Assembly: GCA_051047955.1 (NCBI GenBank)
Contig: JBPGPT010000009.1
Coordinates: forward strand, 434,001-498,000
DNA length: 64,000 bases
DNA from: Cystobasidiomycetes sp. EMM_F5
Taxonomy: Eukaryota
Reading direction: 5' to 3'
How positions within the stretch are numbered: position 1 is the first letter of the stretch; every line of letters starts with the position of its first letter. Below, one piece after another: positions 1-12,200 of the stretch. Under the pieces are notes generated by a model. The model made no database searches. It was not told the DNA's origin and worked only from the letters and a program-made list of their open reading frames with translations. The position numbers and the translations under genes are program-made.

Positions 1-1300
1 GACAGATTTGGTGGTATTCTCGCAGTGTTGAGAGTAGAAGCCGCGGAAACGAGCCCGGATACACTGTGTGGTGCTTGCGAATGCGGGACATCCGACGGCT
101 GGGACTGTTGCGTGGCCGTTCTTGCTGTTGACGGTTGCGCTTTGGTTGACGTTGGAGATACTGAGCCGGATCCCGATGAGGATGCTCCTGGCGCTGCAAC
201 TGCACTGGCATAGGAGAAGGGTTTTGCTCTTTGCGTGCTTAGCCCGCTCGCCAGTGACGAGCCCGGACGAGCTGTACTGGCCGCACCAGGTAAGGCCGTC
301 AAGTCGGCAGGGAGTGGCAGTCCCATAGGTGACATCCCAATTGCTACACCGTCATTGTCAGACTGCGATGCTCGATACGCACTCTCGACCGGATCGAATG
401 GTAAACGAGTTCTGCTTTCATTTTCTTGGGTATTGCCCGTCGATGCTCCTCCTTTCGACAACATGTTCGATAGTCCGCTAGGAGCAGCAGAGGTGGCTGG
501 AGTCGACTTTGATGCCGTATCCGACAGCCCGACATTCATGGCTGGCGAGCGTGGAGATGTGATTGACGCCGCAGTAGCTGCTCCAGACCCAGCTGAACCA
601 TTTGCACTACCGGAAGCTTCTGCTTGAGCGGCCAACTTGGAAGCCTTCTTGTTCTTCCTGCAGTCGAGTAATGACAAGCACTTAGATCAGTACCCGTTTC
701 ACACGCATTTCAAGATCGCCCTACCAATCCATAGAAGGTGGTTCTCCAGGAAGGATGTGCGCATTTGCGCATTTATGTCCGAATCGACATGATCTGTCAA
801 ATACAGACAATGAGCATGCGTTTACTCGAGTATCACCACTGTAGCTCACCCCTTCAGGTACCACTTGCAGGGTATCTTTGCTTGGCCGGGCTCCCTTGCC
901 GAATGCGAGAATGGGCACGATGATCCGGCTGTGCGATGTAGGTCATCGATTGTAGTCGCAGTAAGTTGGCGTATCCGTGAGTGTGTAGTTGGAGGCGGGG
1001 TCGATTAAGCGCGTAAAGTGCGAGTCAGTGGGTATCGTCCGCATAAATCGCACGCGCAAATCGCACCTGTGCATGCTCCGACACGGAAGAAGCGGCATGT
1101 TACGTGTGACAGGTCCTCTGCAGTATTAACGAGACGATGGAGTGGGGATTGACGGAGGTTGTCAATGCAAACCACGTCAATTCCAAGTCACCCCAGCCGC
1201 AGGTAATGCTATCCCACGCACTCTTTCCGGATTGCTTGCCGTTACCGCCCTCGCCGCCGTGATGGTCCTCGCTCCCCGACAGGCTGTTGTCGTCGTCCAT
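1..1300 (-). CDS. Tandem CCCH zinc-finger protein, Cps3/Lee1-like; 3' end runs off the window
   Basis: Manual splicing from ATG 1300 gives MDDDNSLS...KDLSHVTCRFFRVGACT...IPCKWYLKGSCRFGHKCANAHILPGEPPSMD..KNKKASK, i.e. two CCCH fingers, followed by a long low-complexity exon below ~660. Confidence 0.8.
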
Positions 1301-1325
1301 GTCTGATATGTCTGATATGTCTGAT
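1299..1325. repeat. 9-bp tandem repeat (ATGTCTGAT)x3 abutting the CCCH gene start codon
   Basis: Read directly: atgtctgat atgtctgat atgtctgat. Confidence 0.85.
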
Positions 1326-1588
1326 GCGATGGTATGGATATGTGACCAATCCAGGCAGTACTGCACTAGGGCCTGCTTCACCCGAACCAGTCCACGATGC
1401 CGTTATATCGTCGTCGTCGTCGTGTTTTTGCGATATCGCGTCCACCCCGGCTATCGAGTGACGCCCTTTGACTGCGCTACAACGTCGGAAAGCCCCGAGG
1501 TCACCCAGCAGCAGGACTGTATTCGAGTCGGAATATCGTGGTGCTCGCTCGCAGTTGACAGTCTTGTGGTTGGAGACTGGACAATGCA

Positions 1589-3812
1589 ATGGCCATCATT
1601 GAGCAGGTAGACTCGGATTCCGATGTCGAGGACATCCAATACCATCAGCAGAGTACACCATCGCACGTCAAAGCTGCCCCGACATTGCGAACCCCAGCTA
1701 TCCCAGACTCGCTGCGCAATTCGACAATCTACCGGCAGGTCCTCAAGTCGAAACTTGCATTGGACGGGGTGTGGGTGTCTTTAAGCAAATTATGGCATGG
1801 CATCAGTGACTAAGTGTTATGTCTTCGATAGACAACTGAATGGCTTGGTCGCAGCTCAAGGCGTACAGAGCGTTTTGGAGCAATTGGTCGACATAGCTAT
1901 TTACACGTTGCGAGACCAAAGTGCAGACAAACTGGTGGGCATGGACAATCCTGTATGCGGAAAGCGACTGAGTCACCATACAGGACCTCACGCTAGTCGA
2001 GAAAATTGCAGCCGCTATCACCCTATTATCGAGACATGACCTCTCCAATATTACCTCAAGCCTTTCCACACTATGCAAGACACTCCTTCATGAAGCCACA
2101 CAAGTACTCACAATCCCTCACATATACACCATCCCTACTTATGAGCAAAGTGGGTGGAGTACGCTAGAGTAGATATTCAGACATGCTAAATCAACAATGG
2201 TGCAAATCATACACAGACGCAGACACATCCAAAATTCAGTCATACTGGCGGGCAGGAGCGCTGGGACTTATCCAGCTGATACATGTGGTACTCAAGATAC
2301 CAGCTTTTCATTCTGAGGTACTAGCAGATTCTGACGTCAAGTCAAATATGGTCATCGCACTATGCAAGTTCCTTCCGTCTTCAACGGCTGGTGGTGACTG
2401 GACCTCGCAGTCACACGAAGAACAATGGACGTCACAGCTTGCGGGGAGGATATCGCAGGGCACTCTATCACAGATCTTACCCGTCAATGGCAGCGGAATC
2501 GAGCTGTCGCGTCATATACTAACGACGTACATCAAGCCAATCTTTTCTGCATCGCCCAATGTCTTTGTCGATCCAGAGACGGGAAGGAAGTTGCATCGCC
2601 CTCTGGGTGGAGACTTGTTTCGCGATACGTTCCGTGATGACCCTTGGAAGGGCAAGACGGAGCGTGATGCAGAGCTGGGCGCTGTGGGTTGCTGGAGGGT
2701 GTATGAGTATGTACTGGAGATGCTACAGGTGAGCTTGTACCGGACAAGTGTGGCGGTAACCTTATCGTATCGATGGTCTACGTCTTTGATGAAATACAGG
2801 CTTCCGACTTGGAACAGATTTGGCCACTCCTCGTTCCCCCGCTCATGACTATGCTCGATGATCATGAACCGACCTACAGAAGATACGGAGTGAGAGCTGT
2901 GCACATCTTCCTGGAGCGCGTTCCGCCTACTCTGCTAGTTCGAACTGGTCTCATCGAGCTGATTCAGAGGGTGCGTTGCAGAACGTTTGGCTGAAAGGGT
3001 TTGCCTGCTGACTAGAGCCGCTTCGAAGTCCCTTACCACATCATACGCATACACTTCGGATGCATCCAGTATACCAATGATTCGACAAGCCGTCTCTGCC
3101 AACATCCTGCTCATAAACCGAGTGTACCCAAAATTTCTGCAAGGTCAACAGCAAATCTACATTCAGCCACTCACGACAGCTCGTCACCGTAGCAAGCACG
3201 CCCCAGAATCACCTCAGCTGCTACGGTTCCAATCTCTTTGCTCATTGTACCAAAACACCATCGTGAATCTCTTTGCATACTCTTCGAACAGTATTCCCTT
3301 TACTACTCTTGCACTGCATCTGATCCCTATTCTGCTCAAGCACCTGGGACAAGGATGTATTCGCTATCTCTCCGACACTCTCCCAGTAATATGTACAATC
3401 CTCGGCGGATCTCCAGCAGCTCGCACTCTAGGCAACACACTATGGACAAGAGAAAGTTGCGAGCAGCTGTGTGCAGCGGCGTCTGCGATTTGTTCCTTTG
3501 GGGACTGCTGTGCAGGAACAGGGAGGATCGGTAGATGGACGGGAATGATTCTGTCGGCTGTCGCAACGGCATGGAGTAATGCGCGAGAAGGGGGAACGCC
3601 TAGAATAGGTGTCGACGTGCCGAGATTGGAAGCAGAGCTGAAACGAGTGGTGACGAGTCTGAGAAAGCATGGAGATGAGCAGACGGAGGTAAGCATTGCC
3701 GATCGTATGGTTAATGTGTGCTGCTGATATTGGCACGTCGCTTGCCCAGAAGGACATGCAGATGATACGGGCGCTCGACTCGGACCTATTCAACGATCTC
3801 TTTGTGACGTAG
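1589..3812 (+). CDS. TTI2: Tti2 (TEL2-interacting protein 2, TTT co-chaperone complex), multi-exon
   Basis: Contains PWKG...VGCWRVYEYVL and DLEQIWPLLVPPLMTMLDDHEPTYRRYGV...LLVRTGL, which resemble the fungal Tti2 domain. The exons can be joined in frame with GT-AG introns. Confidence 0.7.
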
Positions 3813-4026
3813 AGGCCACTGCGAAAAGCTGACGCGAAAACTCGATGTCTTTGTCGACATTTCCAAGGATATAGATCTGCAAAACTATGCTACACGTCGG
3901 CCTCGCGTCAAATTTCTTCGACGGTGCCAGATAAATGCCTGCTTCGCAAGCGCAAGATACTGCGACTATAACTACTACCACTACTAGGCAACTCGACATT
4001 GGCCTGCTGGATTGAACTTGGCAACC

Positions 4027-5873
4027 TCAATCGATGGCCCAGCATTCGACTGCCATAATGTCAAATTTACCCTCGTCCGTCCCATCGACAGCCTGGCCTG
4101 TCTTTGCACAGAGTACCTCGTTATCGAATGCAGGACAAACTGTCGAAAAGCCCTTGTTGAGACTTGAATCGATCCATATCCCAAATTTACCATTCCTGAC
4201 GACAACGAGGTGAACGACGAAGCGGAAAGCAGGGTAGAAACCAAAGCAAGGACGAGTTTAGTGTACGTAGAGAGAAGCTGGAGAAAGGCAGCTTACCCTC
4301 CTCCTACGCTTAGTGATTTCCCATCAGATAAAATCATGTAGTCGTTCCTTCCCGTCCAGCGGTATATGCGAACGATGGGTCCTACTCTGAACTGATCGTT
4401 TGCTGGAAATTGTTCGACTTTCCACAAAAAGCTGCACGTGCATTCGCCAATCAACGACAGATGGGAACGTTAATATAAGGGAAATGACACAATGATAGAG
4501 GTACGATCAAGCGTGACTCACCAATCGCCATTCCCGTAGTAATTCTCCTGCTTTCGGAATGCTTCATTGACGTACGCGCCATACGTCCCTCCCCGCATAT
4601 CGCGAATACACAGCAGGCATCCTCCTGCCGAACGGAGCAACCCCGCTTGCACCTTTGCGTACAGGGTAGTCAGGGATGTACCGTGAGCATCGAGCGAGTA
4701 CAACAGTTTCCAATTCTTCTGTAGTCGAAGGCGGGAAGTCAGGCCTGCACGGACCTGTAGATACACGATAAAATTAATGTAATCAGCTTGGGCTTGTGAG
4801 TGATAGTGCTTGTGATAGATGCTGCTTACGCCGTCTACAATGTCCTCATTCAGGATGGTGTTACTGATACCGGGTGGGAGGTTCAAGGTAACAGAAGGCA
4901 AGGGCTCTGCACCGATCGTGAGACTCTGACTCATCATTCCCTGCGTCGATTCCCTCCCATTCCCGTTTGCATCATGCCGTCTTCCGTTTGTGGTCGAAGT
5001 GAGAGGGGCATTGAAAGGGCTAGACGGTTCGCTAAATGCTCTGCCGAAATCAAAGGTTGAGCTCTTTGGTTTTCTGGATGTAGGCGCTGCAAGGAGGTCG
5101 TCTGGGAGGGAGGGTAGAATGATGATGTGATCTGGAGAGTGACTTTTGCTGACGAGGGGTATAGGACGGGCGGTATTGATCGAATTCGACGCGGAATTGC
5201 CAAGCCGTGCTGTTGTAGGAGAGTATGATGTTGATGCTATTGGAGTGTGATTCATGCTTGATGCTCCACGAGAGTATAGTGTTGGTGTTGTCGTAGATGC
5301 AGCAGGGTCTGCTGTGCTACCCCCGGAACTAGGCTCAAACAGACCATTCAGAACCGGCCTCGTCGACACACTTCCACTAGTCCTCCGCGAGTGCTGACCT
5401 ATGCTCGCAAAGTACGAGGATGATCGCATACTCTCGAGCGCTGAGCCTTGCGGAGGGCTAGTACTAATCACAGACCGACCCACTCTGGGCGAGTGTAGAT
5501 CGATGAGCGTCGGTGTATACGACGTCGTGGGACTCGTGGACAGGGCAGTAGTGGGAAATGCAGAGTCGTAGAATGAGCAAGACGGCGACATTGCAATCGT
5601 CGGACTGGCTGCTGGATTCCTGTAGGCCATGGACGACGACGACGATGATGGGCGGTTCTCGTCGAGCATCAGCCCACTTCTGCTCAGACGACGGGGCGGA
5701 GAGAAGCCCAAGGATGGTCGTCGTGCTCTGCTTGACGATGTGCTGGTGCTGAGGGGCTGGGCTTTGAATGGGGTCGCATTGGATGACGAGGATGACGCTG
5801 GATTATGAATACTCCCATCATGGACAGCATGCTCGGCGTGCAGCGGATCAAACGCAGACAGCAAGTCATCCAT
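4027..5873 (-). CDS. OXR1: Oxidation resistance protein 1 (TLDc domain) with Ser-rich N-terminus
   Basis: TLDc motifs: WKLLYSLDAHGTSLTTLY, YGAYVNEAF...YYGNGD, FLWK, WTGRNDYMILSD, GKFGIWID...CPAFDNEVLC...VECWAID*. Confidence 0.9.
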
Positions 5874-6295
5874 GCCAGTGGTCAGTGAGTAGTCAAAACG
5901 CGTCCAGTTCAAAGGCTAGTCTATCAAACTTATTCCATTTTCTCAAAAAGCGTCTGATGGGCGTGGTTGTAATTGAATGTATGTTTGTATTAGATTAGTA
6001 TTACTGTAATGATATTGAAGGCATAGCTCTGCTTTGTATTGTATGCCTACAACAGCTGTCACTTACAACCTCGATCATCCTACAGGTCATGCAAGTCGCA
6101 GCCTGCAACTCCATTGACACGACACTCCTGCTGCACACTGGATAATATACTGCCATGATGATATGCCAGCTCATGGATTGATGCAGCAGCCAGTCTGGCA
6201 GAGAGCTAGCTAGAAACACACCGTCGCCGTTATTGGACTCGGATTGGGAGGAGACGGGGTCAATTGAGCTAATCCATAACTGCCCGCTGCCCGCC

Positions 6296-9200
6296 ATGTC
6301 GATGCAGAAGGATGTGACGCTCATCCTGTCGGATATGCGGTCGAGGTGGGGCAGGTTTCCCCGGAAGAAGGGCGATTGGATGCTCTGGATTCTGACATGT
6401 TACCATATCAAACTCTCACACTGGCAATACGCTCAATCAATATTGTACGATGCTCGTCTTTCCCGCACCCCCGACGACTTCTCCAGGAGCGAGGAGGTCC
6501 GGCTGCGAGCGGCAGTGGAGCTAAAGTCCTGGGTGGGGCAGCACACTCAATCTGCCGATATATTCCTTGCGACTCATGTATCACATCTTTCTTGTGACTC
6601 ACCCCAGCTCACCTCGCGAATGCACATTACCGAAAACGAGACTCGAGCGATTGCCATTCAAGAGGTATTGCCACGAGTGACGGCGTTGATGAACTCGAAC
6701 GATCATACGGACAAGCTAGCGGGACTGGATGCGATAGGCTAGTCGTAGCATATCTCCTGCCTTGCATCTACAAGCCTTACACAGACTATCACTCCTCAGA
6801 CGCGCTCATTGAAGCAATACCCGACGCTTCCATTGCCTCAAGACTGGCAACGCACCCATGGCACGCCCTCAGCTCCATGGATCCCGCAATCATGTCGCAC
6901 GCTACAAAGACATTTGCAAAGCTCGTAGCGACAGGTGGTACCCTCATCAAGGGAACAGAGGTGCAGATAGGAAGCGCGTACGAATGGCTAGCATCGACAG
7001 AGAAGAGTGAGTAGACATACCCACTACCTCGATATTGCACGTGCGTGCTGAATTCGGCATTTCATGTGCGTGCAATCAGGCGATAGAGCAGAACATCGAA
7101 GATATGCAGCGGCCATGCTGTTTCGCGAGCTGTGTCGCACCGCCCCACTGGCAATCGTAGACCGCGTAGAGACTGTAATGGACTATCTGTGGGGTGCTAT
7201 GCGCGATCCAAAGGTGAACATCCGCGAAGTCGCCGCACAGGCAATGAGCGGGTGTCTCCTCATTGCCGGAACGAGGGACACAAAGACAAGAGATGGCTGC
7301 TACGATATGGTGCTTGAACAGGTCATCAAGGGCTTCAAGATGAATACGGGTGACTCCATTCACGGTAGTTTGTTGGGATACAAGGAGCTCTTTACGTCGG
7401 CGAATATGGTCAGACCCGAGCTCTCTCAATCAGAGCATCTGTACTGACAGTAAACTATATCTCTAGTACATGCAAGACCGCTACAATGAAGTATGCGACC
7501 AGATCCTAACATACAAGGATCATCGGGAGAATCAAGTACGGCGCACAGTGATTGAGCTGATTCCGACAATGGCAAGCTACAGCCACACAGACTTTATTAC
7601 ACACTACCTCCACAAATGCATGGTGTACCTCCTCGGTCAGCTCAAGAAGGAGCGGGATCGTTCTACGTCTTTTACAGCCATCGGGCACGTTGCACTGGCA
7701 GTCACAAACCACATGACGCCATACCTCGAAGCCATACTGACGAGCGTCAAAGAGGGACTTCAAGCAAGAGGAAAGAAGAATGCTCCGTCCGAAGCGAGCA
7801 TCTTTTCGTGCATCTCGATGCTTTCGACCGCCGTCGGACCAGCATTGACAAAACACATGCACGAGCTGCTGGATCTCATGTTTGCGTACGGCATATCAGA
7901 GCCACTCGTAAGAGCGCTCGTCGACCTTTCTACGCATATTCCGCCGCTACTTCCGACTATCCAGGGTGTGTTTCTTTGAAGTCATTCAGCGCGTCTCGGA
8001 AATATACTTGCTAATACAATCCATGTAGAACGACTGCTCAACCTCTTGTGTCTGATTTTGTCTGGTGAACCGTACAGGCAACCAGGCGCGCCTCTGCAGA
8101 TACGCCCACCGGCATTGTCAATTACCCGAGACCTCAATACCCTGAATGTAAGTCGCCCAGAGACGCGCTAAGCTGAATACTGAGACCGCATACGTACATT
8201 CAGGTCGCGCAGGAGATACCTGACCCAGCCATAATCACACTTGCAATACAAACGTTGGGCGACTTTGACTTTTCCGGTACTGCTCTACACGAGTTTGTGC
8301 GCGATACGGTGACAAATTACTTGGATGACGATAGCAGAGAGGTAAGACTAGCGGCAGCAACAACATGCTGCCATCTCTTTGCGCGAGATCCGATCCTCTT
8401 CCAGACAAGCAATCACTCCATCAATATCGTCACCGAAGTCCTTGAAAAGCTGCTTGTGTGCGCTATCGCGGATCCTGACCCCGTCATCCGACAAAGTACG
8501 CTGGCTGCACTTGACACCAAATTCGATAGACATCTTGCGCAGGCAGAAAACATTAGATCAATCTTCTTGGCCATTAATGACGAGGTATACAGTATTCGCG
8601 AAACTGCTATCCGCATAGTCGGACGAATCTCTATACATAACCCAGCTTATGTCATGCCGTCGTTACGGAAAGCCCTCATTCAGCTATTAACGGAACTGGA
8701 GTACTCGACGTACCCGTCAGTACTTGCTAATTGTACCAACTTTATGCGCGCTGATTGTATATGTTTCATCTGCAGGAAAAGCAGGGAAGACTGCGCTACG
8801 CTCCTTGGACTGCTTGTTGGTGCATCTGCGCGCTTGTCGAAACCGTACGTCTTATCAGTTCTGCGAGTTCTTTTGCCGAAAGCACGGGATAGCACGCCTC
8901 AAGTTGCAGCCGCAATCATGCTATCCCTCGGGGAATTGGCCAAGATTGGCGGAGAAGATATCCTACCTCGTCTCGATGATTACATGTCTCTCATACTCGA
9001 AATGCTGCACGATCAAGCGTCCATTGCAAAACGAAACGCAGCTCTGCATACCCTTGGCTTGGTATCATCCTACTCTGGATACGTCATTGAGCCATACACA
9101 AAATACCCAACGCTGCTGGGCACGCTCGTCAACATCCTGAAGACGGAGTCTGTTCAGAATACGAGGCGAGAGACAGTCAAGGTCTTGGGAATCCTCGGAG

Positions 9201-12200
9201 CTCTCGACCCGTATAAACAAGTTGTACGCGACTCAATGGAGGATGACGTGAATGATTTACCTATCAATGCAACCGATCCAACACATCCGATGAACATCGG
9301 TCCCGGCAACGAGGAGTACTATCCGACGGTCGCGTTTCACGCGCTGCTGAGCATACTGCGAGACAGCTCTCTCTCCACTCACCACGCAGCCGTTGTCGAA
9401 GCCGTCATGTACATATTTGGAACGCTTCGATTACGATGCGTCTCTTTCCTGCCTCAAGTCATTCCGGCCTTCCTGGGTGCCATGCGCAACTCATCCGCGG
9501 GTTCGGTCACAGAAAAGTACTACTTTGAAAATCTAAGTAAACTCACAAAGATTGTCGGACAGCATATCCGCAACCACCTCACCCCCATCCTTGCGATTAT
9601 ACGCGACTCGTGGTCCTCCGGCCCATCTTTGCAAATTATCCTTGTCGACCTTGTCGAAAAGATTGCAGTAGCTCTCGAAGGAGAATTCAAAGTCTACCTC
9701 CCAACCCTGCTTCCACTCATGCTCACTTGCTTTGATCAGGAGCTCACTGACCGACGCTTACCATCATTGCAGCGTATCCTGCACGCTTTCGGTATTTTTG
9801 GCGCCAACCTCGAAGAATACCTTCATCTTGTCATACCTGTCATGGTACGGACGTTTGAGCGCTCAGATGCTCAATTTCAACTGCGACGTCATGCTATCCA
9901 AGTCACAGGAGTACTTTGTCGCAAGATCAACTTTTCCGATCACGCATCGAGGGTTATACATCCTCTTGCCAGGGTCCTGAGTACCGGACCTGCCGAATTG
10001 CGGAACGACTGTATGGATGCCCTGTGTTCGCTGGTATCGCAAATTGGATCAGATTTTGCTATTTTCGTTCCGGTCATCAACAAAGTCATCGTTCATAACA
10101 GGATACAACACGCAAACTACGACCAAATTGTAACAAATCTGCTGAGAGGCGAGCCACTACCCGACTTGGGATACATTGATCAGTGAGTCCGCGTCAATCA
10201 CAACTTCCCTGGTGTGCTAATCCGAGAATGTAAAAGCGTGACAGGCGGTCTAACGGAGCAAGACCCTGCTGTTGATGCTGGTGTAAACAAACTACCGGTT
10301 AATCAACAGCAGCTGAAAACGCAGTGGGACACGCCTGAAAGACCGAAAGCCGATGACTGGAGAGACTGGATGAAGCGACTCAGTATAGCGCTTCTGCGAG
10401 CTTCGCCGTCCATGTCCATCCGTGCGTGCTCCGGTTTGGCGGAGCAGTATCCGCCTCTGGCACGAGACCTTTTCCACGCGGCTTTCGTGTCGTGCTGGAA
10501 CGAAATGTATGAATCGTACCAGGTATGCAAGTACTCGTGAAGTGCGAACGGTTCACTGACGTGTCTAGTAGGACGAGCTAGTCAAAGCTATCGACACTGC
10601 GCTCTCCTCACCCTTCGTCCCACCAGAAATCACCCAGAATCTACTAAATCTTGCCGAGTTCATGGAACACGACGATAAATCGCTCCCCATTGCACCAAAG
10701 GTACTCGGTCAGTACGCTCAAAAGTGTCACGCGTTTGCAAAGGCTCTTCACTATAAAGAGTTAGAATGGTCCAGTGACCCTACAGTAGACACTATTGAAT
10801 CTCTCATCCATATCAACAATCAACTGCAGCAGCCTGACGTGGCCAAGGGACTGCTGGCATACGCACAAAGCGTACACCATATCACGCTTCGCGAAGAATG
10901 GTACGAAAAGCTAGAGAATTGGGACTCTGCTCTCGCTGCATATGTACATAAGCAAGCACAAGATCCAAACAACTTTAGTTTGACCCAGGGTCGTATGCGG
11001 TGTTTACATGCACTTGGCGATTGGGAGCAACTTTCCGAATTGGCACGGGAGAATTGGAAGACTGCGACAAGCGAACAAAGGAGGTCTATAGCACCACTAG
11101 CCGCGGCAGCAGCTTGGGGTTTAGCAGAGTGGGAAGCTATGGACGATTACATTGGGGTACTAAAGCACGATTCCCCCGATCGCGCCTGGTTTAGAGCCAT
11201 TCTCTCTATTCACCGCAGCCAATTCAGTCGAGCGCAGCAACACGTTAATCGCGCTCGTGACCTGCTGGATACCGAATTGACAACGCTGGTAGGCGAGAGC
11301 TACAACAGAGCATATAACATAATTGTCAGAATTCAGATGCTCGCCGAGCTCGAGGAAATCATTTCGTACAAAGAGTCTGGCGACAATCGAGAACGGCGCC
11401 TTGTCATTCAAAGGACATGGATGAAACGTCTCAAGGGTTGCCAGAGGGATGTCGAGGTGTGGCAGCGGATCTTGAAAGTTCGGGCACTGGTTGTTTCACC
11501 CCGAGAAAACATGCCAATGTGGATCAAATTCGCAAATTTGTGCCGAAAATCGGGAAGGCTTGGACTTGCCGAGAAAACACTCAACTCCTTACTCAGCGAA
11601 GACCACGAATATGATCAAACTGTGGGTTCTCCATTCCCGCATCTTGACTTACGGCTAAAGGTTGTGTGAGCAGCAATCTATGCAGGGTCCGCCACATGTC
11701 ATATATGCTCAGGTAAAATTCGGGTGGGCGAAAGGAGACAAGGTCGAAACCCTGTATGTGTTGCACTTTCCGGCGGTAATTTCGCTGACGTATCCTTCCC
11801 AGAGAATATCTTCGAGTTTTCACAGAAAAATTAACGCAAGATCTGGGCTTGAACCCGGACTCGGAAGAGCCGAATGCTGCAGCCGAGCTTGCCGCTACTG
11901 GACAGTTGACTGAGTATACGCGACTGCTCGCGCGATGCTACTACAAGCTAGGCGAATGGCAGAGCGAATTGCAGCCAGACTGGGGCTCCGTAAGCGGGGC
12001 CTTTTACAAAGTAGAGATCCAGAAGGGGCTCTAAGCTGACGGAAGACGTCCCTGTAGGAATATGTCAGCGGTATCCTGACTTCATACCTCTTTGCTACAA
12101 ACCTGGATCGGAAATGGTACAAAGCCTGGCATGCCTGGGCATTGGCAAATTCTGAAGTCGTCAACTACTACACCCAAGCGAGTGCAAATGCGGGCAACAA

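Noticed and set aside
2037..2180. AC-rich stretch that seems to interrupt TTI2 (insertion or pseudogene)
   Set aside because: It resolves as an exon plus a 64-nt intron (2104-2167) that preserves the frame.
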